Part shown: piece after piece, positions 38,087 to 48,337 of the stretch | Numbering within the stretch: position 1 is the first letter of the stretch | Layout: each line of letters opens with the position of its first letter | NCBI GenBank assembly: GCA_963778115.1 | Contig: CAVZSV010000006.1 | Location: 128,001 to 192,000, forward strand | Direction: 5' to 3' | Origin: an uncultured delta proteobacterium | Lineage (GTDB): Bacteria > Bdellovibrionota > FAC87 > UBA2466 | DNA length: 64,000 nt | Notes under the pieces: model-generated | What the model was told of the DNA's origin: nothing | What the model saw: the letters and a program-made list of their open reading frames with translations, nothing else | The model's database searches: none | Position numbers and translations under genes: made by a program

Positions 38087-39307
38087 TTATGCGGCTTTTT
38101 TGGCGTCTGTGGTTTGAGGAAGGAGGCGAGACTTTAATTGATCGATAAGCGTTCCGTCTACTCCAAAAGCGGGAATCAGATGCAATTCTACCGGCCGACT
38201 CTGCCCTTTAAAGAGATGCGTGCCCAAGGAGATGGCCCCTCCGGGGGATTTCTTCAAAGCGTTTACGAAATCTCCCGACAATATAATGTTGGAGCCTGGA
38301 AGCTCGTGAACGAGTTTTTCCATTCGATGCAGTAAATCGACATCCAGAGAAGTGGTATCGAAGGATTTTTGGACGATCACACCTTGGGGAAGGGTGAGTT
38401 GCACATGATGAATGTCAACGACCGCTTCTCTTGCCACATGAAGGGCGATGCCGCAGTGGACCTCGTTCCCGTGTACCTCTTTGAGACTTCTCAGCGATTC
38501 TCGAAACTCACGTGCGGCACTTAACGCTGCTTCCGCGGGATTGGTAACGTCGTCGCCCAGCCCAAAGTGAGCGTAAGCGGAATCTCCCGAAAGTGACTCT
38601 CTCCACCCGCCGTTGCGAAGGACGGCTTCAGAGAATGTATTGATGATGAAACTTCGAATAGGCCGGCCTTTAACGTGAACGCCATGCAGGCTGGCACTTC
38701 CCACGATATCAAAGGCAATTCCCACCAAATCTTTTTTGGTGGGAAACTGCATGGTTTGATTTTTGAGCGCATTCATCAGAAACGGAGGAACCCAGCATTC
38801 GAGTTCTTTGCGAAGTGCTGTCTCGCGGGCGCTTGATTCTTTGATCTCGGTTGTGAGTTGTACCAGCTCTTTGTTTTGCTTTTCGAGGAGAGCTTCTCGC
38901 TCCACTAGCCTTTGATGAAGGGCCCGAGCCTCTTCGTTGGCGCGGTAGTATTCGACGGCCCGCCTAAGACTCGCTTCTAACTCATCAGGCTCCCAAGGCT
39001 TTCTAATGTAGTCAAAGATCTGAGCCTTGCGCACAGAGTCCACGACCAGATCCTCGTCGGAATAGCCGGTGACGATAATGCGAACGGCATTGGGATGAAT
39101 TTTCTTGGCGAGCTCTAAGTACTTTACTCCAGTAATGCCAGGCATCCTCTGATCGCTAATCAAAACCCACGGAGCCAGTTTTTCTAAGGCTTCCAGCGCC
39201 TGCAGGGGATTACTAAAAGTCTTAATCTCCCAGTCGGAAGGCAGGGAGGCTTCAAAGACAGTCAAATTGTGCGGTTCGTCATCGACGTAAACGATAATGG
39301 GGTTCAT
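38087..39307 (-). CDS. Response regulator with coiled coil and class III nucleotide cyclase-like output domain
   Basis: Receiver YVDDE, SDQRMP, TGYSD, KPW; cyclase-like FDIVGS, SGDSAYAHFG, GIALH, RMEKL, FKG. Confidence 0.85.
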   Translation of the reverse strand: MNPIIVYVDDEPHNLTVFEASLPSDWEIKTFSNPLQALEALEKLAPWVLISDQRMPGITGVKYLELAKKIHPNAVRIIVTGYSDEDLVVDSVRKAQIFDYIRKPWEPDELEASLRRAVEYYRANEEARALHQRLVEREALLEKQNKELVQLTTEIKESSARETALRKELECWVPPFLMNALKNQTMQFPTKKDLVGIAFDIVGSASLHGVHVKGRPIRSFIINTFSEAVLRNGGWRESLSGDSAYAHFGLGDDVTNPAEAALSAAREFRESLRSLKEVHGNEVHCGIALHVAREAVVDIHHVQLTLPQGVIVQKSFDTTSLDVDLLHRMEKLVHELPGSNIILSGDFVNALKKSPGGAISLGTHLFKGQSRPVELHLIPAFGVDGTLIDQLKSRLLPQTTDAKKAA

Positions 39308-41187
39308 GCAGCCACCCCCATCGTTTCCATCCCTCGAAGAGGAAGTCGAATCGTAAAGGTAGTGCCTTTACCAACTTCTGAAGTCACTTCAATCGTCCCG
39401 TGGTGCCTGTCGATTTCCTTCTTCACAATATACAGGCCGAGACCTGTTCCGCTGCCGACTTCTTTAGTCGTAAAGAAGGGATCAAAGAGCTTGGTTCGAA
39501 TGTTCTCAGGAATTCCGGTTCCCGTATCGGAGACGTAAATCAGGGCGTCAGTTCCCATACTCTCAGCGCGAATTTTTAATTTTCCGCCTTCTGGCATCGC
39601 GTCAATCGCATTGCTTAAGAGATTCATGAGCACTTGGTTCATGCCGACCATGCTTCCAAAGATTCGAATCTCGGGGTCTACCTCGGCTTCCACGACAAAG
39701 TGATCTTTGAGCTTGCTCCGTAAAATCGTGAGTACCGAGTCCACGACATCTTTCAGCGCAAAGTCGTTGACCTTCGCTTGATTGAGTCCAGTGAAATTTT
39801 TCAGACTTTTAATAATTTCAAACGTCAGCTTCATGCCTTCTTGCATGATTTTGGTGAGGGTTAACAGCTTGGCCTTCCTAGGATCATCGGGAAGCTCTCC
39901 TACCATCTTTTCGATGGGGCGAAGGGAACCATAGACATAATTCAAAGAGTTATTGATCTCGTGAGCGATCCCAGCGGAGAGGGTGCCAAGGGAGGCTAGT
40001 TTTGCGGATTGGATAAGTTCGGCTTGGGTAACTTTTAATTTGGAAACCACAACTTCTAAGTCTTCACTCTTGGTTCTTAGCTCCAATGTCTTTCTCTCAA
40101 CCTCGCTTTCGAGGTTTTTTCGGAGGTAGTCTCGCTCCTCATAAGCCATTGTGATTTGCTCGTTAACTGAAAAGAGGAAGAATAAAAGGCCGAAGGCACA
40201 TCCTACCGAGAGAATCATGTAGCCGTAGATCACCCCCGTTACGACCAAAACATCATTGGTACAAACTATAATGAAGAAGGCCAGACTTAGGCAGGTAAAG
40301 ATACTATCTTTCTTAAATCCTACTTTCATGGATTTGCGGATTAGGTTGAATCCACAATAGAAGTCAACCCACAGTCCTAGGCCGAATGGTAGCGATGTTC
40401 CGAATTGCGCAAAATCGAGAGTGTTCCCTAGAGCGATGATCGGACAAGCAATAGCGATATTGATCAGAAAAGTGATATATAGTTTTTTCCCGAGGACTCC
40501 AGACAAATAGAGAGCATTGAAAAATAAGGCTAGCCCCACCCATAGGGCAATATCGGCTGCCTTATGTGCATAGAAAGTTGGAATTGATAGACCAGCATAG
40601 CCCGCATCCGCAAATAGGAAATAGAGAGATAAAACTAAATTTGAGAAAACGAGGGACAGCGTTAGAGAATGGGGCACCTTTCCCAAGAAAATAACCAGAG
40701 ATACAATTGCCATCGCCCAGAGGCTCCCGACAGCAACGAAGTTTAGCGATTCTGAAAATATATTTTGAATATTGGAGTTGGTTAGCCATGGGGTCTTCGC
40801 AATTCTTGAGAAGTACTTTGAGCTAGAATAGACATTCCAGGTGACTTTATGTGCCGCTTCGATTGCCGGACAGGAGACGATGGGGGCTCCGTAAAAGGAG
40901 CGCATCGAGTGCAGATTAGAATCGCCAAATGCAGTGGCGAGAGTTCCATCTAGAAAGACTTCCTGCGAAGCGAGAACGACGATAGGGAATTGTACGTAAC
41001 GTTTTCCAGAGGTTTTGCACTGGTTAATTATTTCGGTGGACTCGGCTGAAAACGTACTAACCTTATCCCCTGGTTCCCAATTGCGCACCACTGCCCAATT
41101 TGGGGATAGGTCGGAGGGCAGATTCGAGATCCCAAGAAACTGCGACAGACCCAATAACAGGTATGTGGCTATAACATCAAAATGCAT
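39304..41187 (-). CDS. Membrane sensor histidine kinase (periplasmic domain plus about 7 TM)
   Basis: AGIAHEINN H-box, NLLSNAIDA, DTGTGI, FDPFFTTK, GTGLGL. Confidence 0.92.
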   Translation of the reverse strand: MHFDVIATYLLLGLSQFLGISNLPSDLSPNWAVVRNWEPGDKVSTFSAESTEIINQCKTSGKRYVQFPIVVLASQEVFLDGTLATAFGDSNLHSMRSFYGAPIVSCPAIEAAHKVTWNVYSSSKYFSRIAKTPWLTNSNIQNIFSESLNFVAVGSLWAMAIVSLVIFLGKVPHSLTLSLVFSNLVLSLYFLFADAGYAGLSIPTFYAHKAADIALWVGLALFFNALYLSGVLGKKLYITFLINIAIACPIIALGNTLDFAQFGTSLPFGLGLWVDFYCGFNLIRKSMKVGFKKDSIFTCLSLAFFIIVCTNDVLVVTGVIYGYMILSVGCAFGLLFFLFSVNEQITMAYEERDYLRKNLESEVERKTLELRTKSEDLEVVVSKLKVTQAELIQSAKLASLGTLSAGIAHEINNSLNYVYGSLRPIEKMVGELPDDPRKAKLLTLTKIMQEGMKLTFEIIKSLKNFTGLNQAKVNDFALKDVVDSVLTILRSKLKDHFVVEAEVDPEIRIFGSMVGMNQVLMNLLSNAIDAMPEGGKLKIRAESMGTDALIYVSDTGTGIPENIRTKLFDPFFTTKEVGSGTGLGLYIVKKEIDRHHGTIEVTSEVGKGTTFTIRLPLRGMETMGVAA

Positions 41188-41191
41188 TTAT

Positions 41192-42883
41192 TTAGGCGGC
41201 GTCGACGACCTCTCGTTTTGACGCAGCTACCTCCGCTGGCGAAAAACCTACTTTTTCCATAGCTCGATCCAAAACGTTAAGCACATAATCCAAGTCCGAA
41301 ACCGTATGGGTAGCCATAATCGTAAAGCGAAAGCGAGCCTGATTTCTTCCGACTACCGGATAGGCGATAGGAACGACGTAGATGCCATTCTGCCAAAAGA
41401 TTTGGTTCATGATTCCCATTTTCTCTTCGTCTCCCACAACGACGGGAATGACAGCACTTTCGTGATTAGGATTGATATTGAACCCTAAATCTCTAAGTCC
41501 AGCTACGAAATGGGCAATGTTAGAATGAAGTTGTTTTACTAACTGCGGTTTAGCGACAAAGAGCTTTAATGCAGCCAAAGCTGCAGCAGCGGTCGAAGGG
41601 GGAATGGAAACCGAAAACATCAAGGAGCGCGCATAAAAATTGAGCCAATGGATGACCTCGTGATCTGAGGCGATAAATCCACCAATCCCACCACAGATTT
41701 TGGAGAATGTTCCCATGATAATATCGGGTTTTACAGTCGGAAATTTCTCTGTGGTGCCCCTGCCGGTTGCTCCCAGTACTCCGAAGGAATGAGCTTCATC
41801 CACCATTAAGCGCGCATTATATTTACGCGACATCTCCATAATTTCAGGGAGGGGCGGAACGTCGCCGTCCATCGAGAAGACTCCCTCGGTGATAATGAGG
41901 GCTGCCATATGCTCATCCCGATTTTCTTTTAGAATCTTTTCCAAGTGAGTGGGATTATTGTGCTTAAAAAAGCGGGCAGTCGCTTTCGACATCTGAAGGC
42001 CGTCTAAGATTGAAGCATGTGAGAGAATATCACTTACAATAAGGTCCTGTGCTCCTGTGAGACTCGGAATTACTCCAACGTTGGCGGCGTAACCAGAGTT
42101 AAAGAGGATCACCTTTTCTTTATGAAAAATGGTAGCCAAGAAGCTACAGAGCTCTTCATGGATATCGGTGAGTCCTGTCGCTAATGGCGAACCGGTGGAT
42201 CCAAATCCGTAATCGTCGATGGCTTTCTTTGCCGCCTCCATAACTTCCGGTGCCGTGGCTAGACCTAAATAATCGTTGGAAGCTACTACTAAAAAATCAT
42301 TCCTACTTCCCTTTCTTCTCTGCCGAAGCTTAACTCGCTCCCCCTTGGAAGCGGTTCTGATGTTTCCATATTGGAATTTTGGAGATTCGATCCACTCTCG
42401 GTAAAAGATTTCGAATTGTTGGGGTTGTGCAAATAAGTCTATGTTGGTTCTATTGGATTCTAGAAATGAACGAACGGAAAATTTTGTGGGATTCAATTCG
42501 AAGTCATATGCCCCCTTCGATGAATCAACGGAGGTATCCAAGTATCGACGTAGAACACCATCAACAGGAATTCGGGAGTCAACCGTGGAAAAGGCCAAGA
42601 TAGTTTTGCCGTTTTGAACTTCAAGCCGACGTAATACAAGTCTCCCTAAAGTTAATTCAGATTCCGCGCAGATTAATTTTGCAGCAGGGATGATCTGTCC
42701 TACTTCCAGTCCTTCTTCGGTTGCAACTGTGCCATTTAATATGGCGCCGATTCCGGTAATCGAGCAATTAGTAGGGCGAAGGTCATACCGCGAGCCAGTA
42801 TAGGTCTCTATTTTGAGGGTTATTTTTTCTTGATCTTTGATGCTGAATCTTTTTGAACGCATCATCTTGCTGATGTCGGCCAT
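41192..42883 (-). CDS. PLP-dependent alpha-oxoamine synthase (SPT/BioF/CqsA family) with N-terminal PilZ-like domain
   Basis: SNDYLGL, HASILDG, EGVFSMDGD, DEAHSFG, GTFSK; N-terminal RSKR...NCSITG; ATG 42883 after GGAG. Confidence 0.85.
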   Translation of the reverse strand: MADISKMMRSKRFSIKDQEKITLKIETYTGSRYDLRPTNCSITGIGAILNGTVATEEGLEVGQIIPAAKLICAESELTLGRLVLRRLEVQNGKTILAFSTVDSRIPVDGVLRRYLDTSVDSSKGAYDFELNPTKFSVRSFLESNRTNIDLFAQPQQFEIFYREWIESPKFQYGNIRTASKGERVKLRQRRKGSRNDFLVVASNDYLGLATAPEVMEAAKKAIDDYGFGSTGSPLATGLTDIHEELCSFLATIFHKEKVILFNSGYAANVGVIPSLTGAQDLIVSDILSHASILDGLQMSKATARFFKHNNPTHLEKILKENRDEHMAALIITEGVFSMDGDVPPLPEIMEMSRKYNARLMVDEAHSFGVLGATGRGTTEKFPTVKPDIIMGTFSKICGGIGGFIASDHEVIHWLNFYARSLMFSVSIPPSTAAAALAALKLFVAKPQLVKQLHSNIAHFVAGLRDLGFNINPNHESAVIPVVVGDEEKMGIMNQIFWQNGIYVVPIAYPVVGRNQARFRFTIMATHTVSDLDYVLNVLDRAMEKVGFSPAEVAASKREVVDAA

Positions 42884-43092
42884 AGCACACTCTCCACGAA
42901 GCATTAGTTATTGCGATCCTTTAACTTTTCGTCTTTTTTTGAGGCTAACTTGATGGAAATCCGAAATGATGACGAGTAATTAACGCGCCGAAGTAAGTGT
43001 CTAGGGTCATTTCGCTTTTGTGCAGCGTTAGAAGGCGAGTCACATCGCGTTATGGACTATGAAAAAAATAAGCGCCATTTGGATTCGCAAAC

Positions 43093-43746
43093 CTATCCTC
43101 GCTTCCTATTCGAAACCTTGCCGAACCGCAAAAGTTCTTTCGGAGCAACTTTACGCAGAGTCTCGGGAATAGGTGACTCCAAGTCGTTCATTCGGTCGGA
43201 AAGATAACTTAGATCGATTGTGCGTTTTTTCTTTTGAATAGCGCGAAAGATACTTTGCAGATCATCTAAATCCTTAAACCTATCAGAGCGGTTGGAGAAG
43301 GAGTACAGCTTCGAAATAATAATGTCTTCGAGGGTGAGACAAGGAATTATTGCGAATCCAAAATCTATCTGGTGAAACTGGGCTCTTTTTAAGGCGCTTT
43401 GAAACCACGGGATAGTAGGTAATAGAAAATCAACTTTGATCTGTTCCTTGTCTTTCGTCATGCCGCAGATCATCCAAGTAGGAGTCGTTCTATTCTTGAT
43501 GGCGTGCAGAGGGCCACCCTGAAGCTCCGCTTGCGAGAGAGGCATTGGATCGAGATCCAGCGATCTCAAAACGCCGAGCGCTGTTTTTTCCGAATCGTCA
43601 TTCGCAAGAATTAAAAAATCTAAATCAGCCGTCAGTCTCTCGTCTTCCCGAAAAAGCGACGCTACAACTCCCCCTGCCAGGGCATATTGCGTTTTATTGT
43701 CGGCGAGCAGAGCTATCACCTTCTTTAATTGATCGGAGAGGTTCAT
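43093..43746 (-). CDS. Nucleotidyltransferase (AbiEii/DUF6036-like), putative toxin
   Basis: YALAGG, LTADLDFL, LEDIIISKL, RFKDLDDL. Confidence 0.75.
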   Translation of the reverse strand: MNLSDQLKKVIALLADNKTQYALAGGVVASLFREDERLTADLDFLILANDDSEKTALGVLRSLDLDPMPLSQAELQGGPLHAIKNRTTPTWMICGMTKDKEQIKVDFLLPTIPWFQSALKRAQFHQIDFGFAIIPCLTLEDIIISKLYSFSNRSDRFKDLDDLQSIFRAIQKKKRTIDLSYLSDRMNDLESPIPETLRKVAPKELLRFGKVSNRKRG

Positions 43747-44144
43747 CCCTGCTGTTTTGCCTTTCGAACTAACGCTAACGAGGAATCTAAGAACTCGATG
43801 TGGGCTACTGCTCTGTCGCTCAAATGGATAGCCTCCGATTGGATCTGTTCCTTTTGAACTAGGGCGAATATTTTCTTTAAGAGGGGCGAGAGCGGATGGA
43901 TCTCATTTAATTGATAGAGAGCTAGCCGTCCCTTGACCCGGCGTCTTAACAGTTTTTTGGAGCAGAGATCCTTTACCGAGTTTTCCACGGAGTGAATATG
44001 AAGCCGGGTGAGCCGGGACAATTCTCTAAGATGACTCGGGCTAGTCCGCGGCACGAGGCATTCCAACACCAGATAATTGGCGCGAGAGGAGAAGAGGGTG
44101 GAAAGGTTCACTTCCATGAGGATATTGTCTAATAATTTAGACAA
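43743..44144 (-). CDS. Winged-HTH protein, putative antitoxin or regulator
   Basis: LFSSRA..VL, HLRELSRLT, LYQLNEIHPL; ATGA overlap with the NTase gene. Confidence 0.7.
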   Translation of the reverse strand: MSKLLDNILMEVNLSTLFSSRANYLVLECLVPRTSPSHLRELSRLTRLHIHSVENSVKDLCSKKLLRRRVKGRLALYQLNEIHPLSPLLKKIFALVQKEQIQSEAIHLSDRAVAHIEFLDSSLALVRKAKQQG

Positions 44145-44262
44145 CGTGTCAATAGATCCAGTATAAGTATTTGATAAAATAGAAAGTAATTGATACCTTC
44201 AATTATGCGCATTTCAGTCCCCAAATGAGCTTTCCCCGGACCAATGTTACAATAGAGGTCTG

Positions 44263-45477
44263 GTGAACTTTAAAACGCTATTGCTGCCGATAATGTTGGG
44301 ATGCGCGCTATCCTCTCAAACGCTATTTGCGATCGCATACCCTTTTCCCTGCGAAGAGAGTTTGGAAACCCTCTATAACAACCTCGGTTTTGATTTACCG
44401 GCGAATACTCCTCCAGAGTTTCGACAGGAGTTGATTCATCGAAAGGCGCGTGAGTTGATTATTGAAGGGGATGTGGCGGAAGCGGAAAAAGTGGCCCACC
44501 ATCTACTAATTATAGCGGAGACGCTGAAATTTGATCACGGCGAAGACTTTTGGAAACAAGTGTTAAACGGAGCCAAATCGCCACCGGTAAAGAAAGCCAA
44601 TGCCGCAGAGGTAGACAAGGTGCGTAAGGAACTTGCGAGCCTAGAGTCTCAACTCAAAGAGCTTAAACCCGTCCCCAAAAGTCCGCTTCACTTTGCCACC
44701 GATCCTGCCGTCTTTTATCTCGCCAAAGGAATGGGAGAAGTGAACAAGGTGGCATTGGAGAAGGCAACTTCTGAAGAGTTAGAAATTATGATGAAAGCGA
44801 TACATGCCTTCCGCGGCAAAATCGCCGTGCGGACGGGTCGACAGAATCAAGTGGAAGAACGTAAAAACTGGAAAGATCTCTCTAATGAGGAGCATGCCTT
44901 TTCGGATTTCACTTCGGCCTTCACTATTCTAAGCGAACAGATCTCAGATAGAGAGGCGCAAACTACGACACATTCGGATCTGCGCGACGACCTAGTTGCT
45001 ACTTTGGGAGGTTGGAATTTTTCTCATTGGGATGAGGATAAAATGTTTTTGGCTTCTCAATTGAGATTTCTTGCGGCTTTTCAGGGACAGTACCGACAGA
45101 GATTCTTTGAAGCGCTAGCTAATGAAATTCCCCCTCCGCGATCGCTTGCGACCGCGACAAAACGCGAAATTAAAGATGCCATGGATATCGCTTCGCATCG
45201 AGCGGATGAAGTTCCGGATGTTCTTGAAGGTGATAGGCCTAAGATTTTTCATCCGTTGGACTTAGCGGAACACGAACAGGGTGCCGCTCTCACTTCGCGG
45301 GCCCTCGAATTCGCGGAAGCGATGATCGAAGATCCCGATGTGCCTGGGGAGGTAAGGGCCGAATTGCAGCGAGGGGTTAAGTTCTATCGGGATTTAGGAG
45401 AAAGACCGAGCCCCGCATTTATTATTTTCGTGAAATACACTAGAGATCTGCTGACAGCACAGCGAAGAGATCACTAA
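44263..45477 (+). CDS. Secreted hypothetical helical protein
   Basis: GTG after GAGG; signal peptide ending TLFA; PCEESL near the mature N-terminus. Confidence 0.7.
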   Translation: MNFKTLLLPIMLGCALSSQTLFAIAYPFPCEESLETLYNNLGFDLPANTPPEFRQELIHRKARELIIEGDVAEAEKVAHHLLIIAETLKFDHGEDFWKQVLNGAKSPPVKKANAAEVDKVRKELASLESQLKELKPVPKSPLHFATDPAVFYLAKGMGEVNKVALEKATSEELEIMMKAIHAFRGKIAVRTGRQNQVEERKNWKDLSNEEHAFSDFTSAFTILSEQISDREAQTTTHSDLRDDLVATLGGWNFSHWDEDKMFLASQLRFLAAFQGQYRQRFFEALANEIPPPRSLATATKREIKDAMDIASHRADEVPDVLEGDRPKIFHPLDLAEHEQGAALTSRALEFAEAMIEDPDVPGEVRAELQRGVKFYRDLGERPSPAFIIFVKYTRDLLTAQRRDH

Positions 45478-45553
45478 ATTGCTGAGTGGCTTGATGCCAG
45501 GGCATGAGGTGGTATTTGTGAAAGATAAAAGCGGTAATCAGCGAAACGATCGC

Positions 45554-47566
45554 TTATGCCGAATAAAGCGTTTTGCTTTCCTCACCTCCTAGGGGAGGCA
45601 TGGGGCAGTCGAGCATCTCGGCGAAGGCACGCAGAAGTTCAGCCTCGTCAATATTGACCGTTCCGTCGCAGAGGGCGGTGGCAACGGATGCTTTGATAAG
45701 TTTTTCCTTCTCAAGCGGGACCAGTTCCTCAAGGCGTTTGAGACTCTGTTTGAGTAGCGCTCGATCGGAGATCGAGGCCCGTATAGGAAACGGTGAAGCA
45801 TCAGAAACGCCAAGTGCCGCCATTCCGGCATCATAAGCTTTCTTCGCCTGAGCATCGTCTGCATTGCCGCCGTAAGCCATCGCCGCAAGCACAGTTTGGC
45901 ATTCGGGAAGTACCGCACGCACGCCCTTAAATCGAAACCACTGAACGCGTTGCCCCGAGAGGTTCTTCTCTAAGATGCAAGACAAACAAAACTCAAAGAT
46001 ACTCTCTTCGTTGTCCGCCTCGATAAGAATTTTTAACAGATCTCTCAACTGCTTTTTCTGTTCGGGCGTCGTTTTCTTTAGAGCCGGCAAGCAAAGATCG
46101 AGAAGGGGAATCTGGTAGCCATGGCCCAAAGCATGAATCTCTCGGTGCATGAATTCTATTTGCGATCGCAAATAGCTATCACTAATACCGCCAAGCTGCT
46201 TCGAACGAGCTTCATCCTCATCCGCGGCGACCAAACCCAATACTACTGAGACCGCCCCGGGAGCACTCCGGCACCTTTCCAAAAGGGAATCAGGAATTCC
46301 CTTGAGAATGCTTTGTGCGGTTTCCAAGCCCAGAAAGGAAAGGCCTCCGATAGAGGTCATTACCGATTGCGTATCCCATTCGATCGAAGAATCACCCAGT
46401 TTTTCCTTAGGCGGACTTAAGACGGGAGCGGTGGCCTTTTGCTTAGCTTTCGCCTTGATCTCATCAAAAACTTCGTCGGCAGTGCGAGGGGTTGCCATCT
46501 TATTGAGGCGTCGTGCTTCTTCTCGATAGACCTCGGGATCAAAGTTGGGATAGATTCGCTTAATTCTTTCTACAATCGGGGGGTGGGTAGCCAAAACGGA
46601 GCCCTGTTGGCCAAACCCCTGTCCAAACAAAAAATGGCTGAACTGCTCCGCGCGCACATTAGCTAGGTTCGAACCCATCAGATAAATCTTCTTCAGCGCC
46701 CCGCCGATACCATCGGGTTGTCGAGTGTATTGAAGGGCACTGGCATCCGCCAGAAATTCCCGTTCTCGCGAGATCGCAGCTTTTATCATGCGCCCAAAAA
46801 AGACGCCGACGTAACCTATGATAGTCAGCGCGATAGCTCCCATCCAAATACCAATGACAATCTTATCGCCATCATCGTCACTGCTACTGCTCGAACTACT
46901 GGAGTGGTTCCTAAATTCATTTCCGTCAGAGCCGTAAGCCAAAACTCTGAGCGTTCCCAGCCCCAAAATTCCCAAGCCCATGACACCACCCAAGACGCCG
47001 ACGAGCCGCAGATTCAAGCGCATATCTCCATTGAAGATATGGCTAAATTCGTGGGCGACGACACCCTGCAATTCATCCCGATTGAGTTCAACAATAGCCC
47101 CTCGAGTGACCGCAATGACAGCGTCCGTGGGAGTTTTTCCAGCAGCAAAACCGTTGATTCCCATTTCCGAATCCAAGAGATAGATGTCGGGAACGCGAAT
47201 ACCCGAAGCGATCGCCATCTCCTCGACTACATTTCTCAAACGACGCTCGTTGGGATCTTTTGATTCGGAGCCGATCAAACGTCCGCCCGCCATTTCGGCG
47301 ATCGCCGCTCCTCCTCGCGCGACATCTAGAATCTTAAAGAGGGTCGCTACTCCTAAGAAGCCCAGGGTAATAACGGACGCCCAATAAACGACTTTATAAT
47401 GAAACTCTCCATCAGGTAGGAAGCGCTGAGAGCTGACAACGATATCGCCAATAATCAAAGCGGCGAGATCAACCGCGATGACCACAGCTACTACGGCCAG
47501 CACAAACAGGAAAAGTAAAAGCAACGAATGGGATCGGGCGCGATGCTGTTGTTCAAAGAAGTTCAT
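45554..47566 (-). CDS. M48 family (HtpX-like) membrane zinc metalloprotease with C-terminal extension
   Basis: INGFAAG, GVVAHEFSH, SREREFLAD, THPP; directly downstream of lemA. Confidence 0.9.
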   Translation of the reverse strand: MNFFEQQHRARSHSLLLLFLFVLAVVAVVIAVDLAALIIGDIVVSSQRFLPDGEFHYKVVYWASVITLGFLGVATLFKILDVARGGAAIAEMAGGRLIGSESKDPNERRLRNVVEEMAIASGIRVPDIYLLDSEMGINGFAAGKTPTDAVIAVTRGAIVELNRDELQGVVAHEFSHIFNGDMRLNLRLVGVLGGVMGLGILGLGTLRVLAYGSDGNEFRNHSSSSSSSSDDDGDKIVIGIWMGAIALTIIGYVGVFFGRMIKAAISREREFLADASALQYTRQPDGIGGALKKIYLMGSNLANVRAEQFSHFLFGQGFGQQGSVLATHPPIVERIKRIYPNFDPEVYREEARRLNKMATPRTADEVFDEIKAKAKQKATAPVLSPPKEKLGDSSIEWDTQSVMTSIGGLSFLGLETAQSILKGIPDSLLERCRSAPGAVSVVLGLVAADEDEARSKQLGGISDSYLRSQIEFMHREIHALGHGYQIPLLDLCLPALKKTTPEQKKQLRDLLKILIEADNEESIFEFCLSCILEKNLSGQRVQWFRFKGVRAVLPECQTVLAAMAYGGNADDAQAKKAYDAGMAALGVSDASPFPIRASISDRALLKQSLKRLEELVPLEKEKLIKASVATALCDGTVNIDEAELLRAFAEMLDCPMPPLGGEESKTLYSA

Positions 47567-47574
47567 TAGTCTAG

Positions 47575-48162
47575 TTAGAAAGAAACCTTAACGACCTCTT
47601 TCTGAACCGGATCTGTGATTTCGAAGGAGGTCGCCGGTTGAAACCCTCCAAATCCCGCAACAAAATTATTCGGGAAAGTTTCTCGAGCCGTATTGTAAAT
47701 CATCACAGCATCATTGAATGCCTGACGGGCGAAAGAGATTCGATTTTCCGTTGAGGTCAATTCCTCCATGAGGCTTGCCATCGTTTGATTTGCTTTGAGA
47801 TCAGGGTATTTTTCAGCAACGACCAAGAGTCTTCCTAAGGAACCTTGCAGGCCGGTTTCCGCTGTCATCAGACTTTTGAAAGCCTCGGGATTGTTGGGGT
47901 CGGCAGCAACCTTTTGGTTTGCGGACACCGCCTGACTACGGGCTGCGATCACCGCTTCTAAAGTTTCTCTTTCGTGCTTTAGATAACCCTTCGCCGTTTC
48001 CACTAAATTAGGAATAAGATCGTAGCGACGCTTCAACTGAACATCGATCTGAGAAAAGGCGTTCTTGAATTGGTTTCGCAAACCCACCAGGCGATTATAG
48101 ATCCCGACCAGCATAAGGACGGAAATGACGACGAGCCCCAACAAGACATAGAGAACGATCAT
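47575..48162 (-). CDS. lemA: LemA family protein
   Basis: QIDVQLKRRYDLIPNLV, YPDLKAN, TENRISFARQAFND. Confidence 0.95.
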   Translation of the reverse strand: MIVLYVLLGLVVISVLMLVGIYNRLVGLRNQFKNAFSQIDVQLKRRYDLIPNLVETAKGYLKHERETLEAVIAARSQAVSANQKVAADPNNPEAFKSLMTAETGLQGSLGRLLVVAEKYPDLKANQTMASLMEELTSTENRISFARQAFNDAVMIYNTARETFPNNFVAGFGGFQPATSFEITDPVQKEVVKVSF

Positions 48163-48337
48163 GAGAAATCTCTCCTGGTTAAAAAAGCGTTTTCGAATAC
48201 CACCCTTGGGCTTAGGTAGTCAATAGTAACCGAAAATTCTGTAATTCAAAATAGTTAAGCCCATAAGACCAGAGGGGGTTACCCCTTTGTAGATAGAAAA
48301 GACGGGGAAAGGGCAGCAAAAGTGACGAAAGAATTCC

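Noticed and set aside
48271..48290. Hairpin agggg-gtta-cccct downstream of GT2
   Set aside because: The stem is short and lacks a convincing U-tract on the minus strand.
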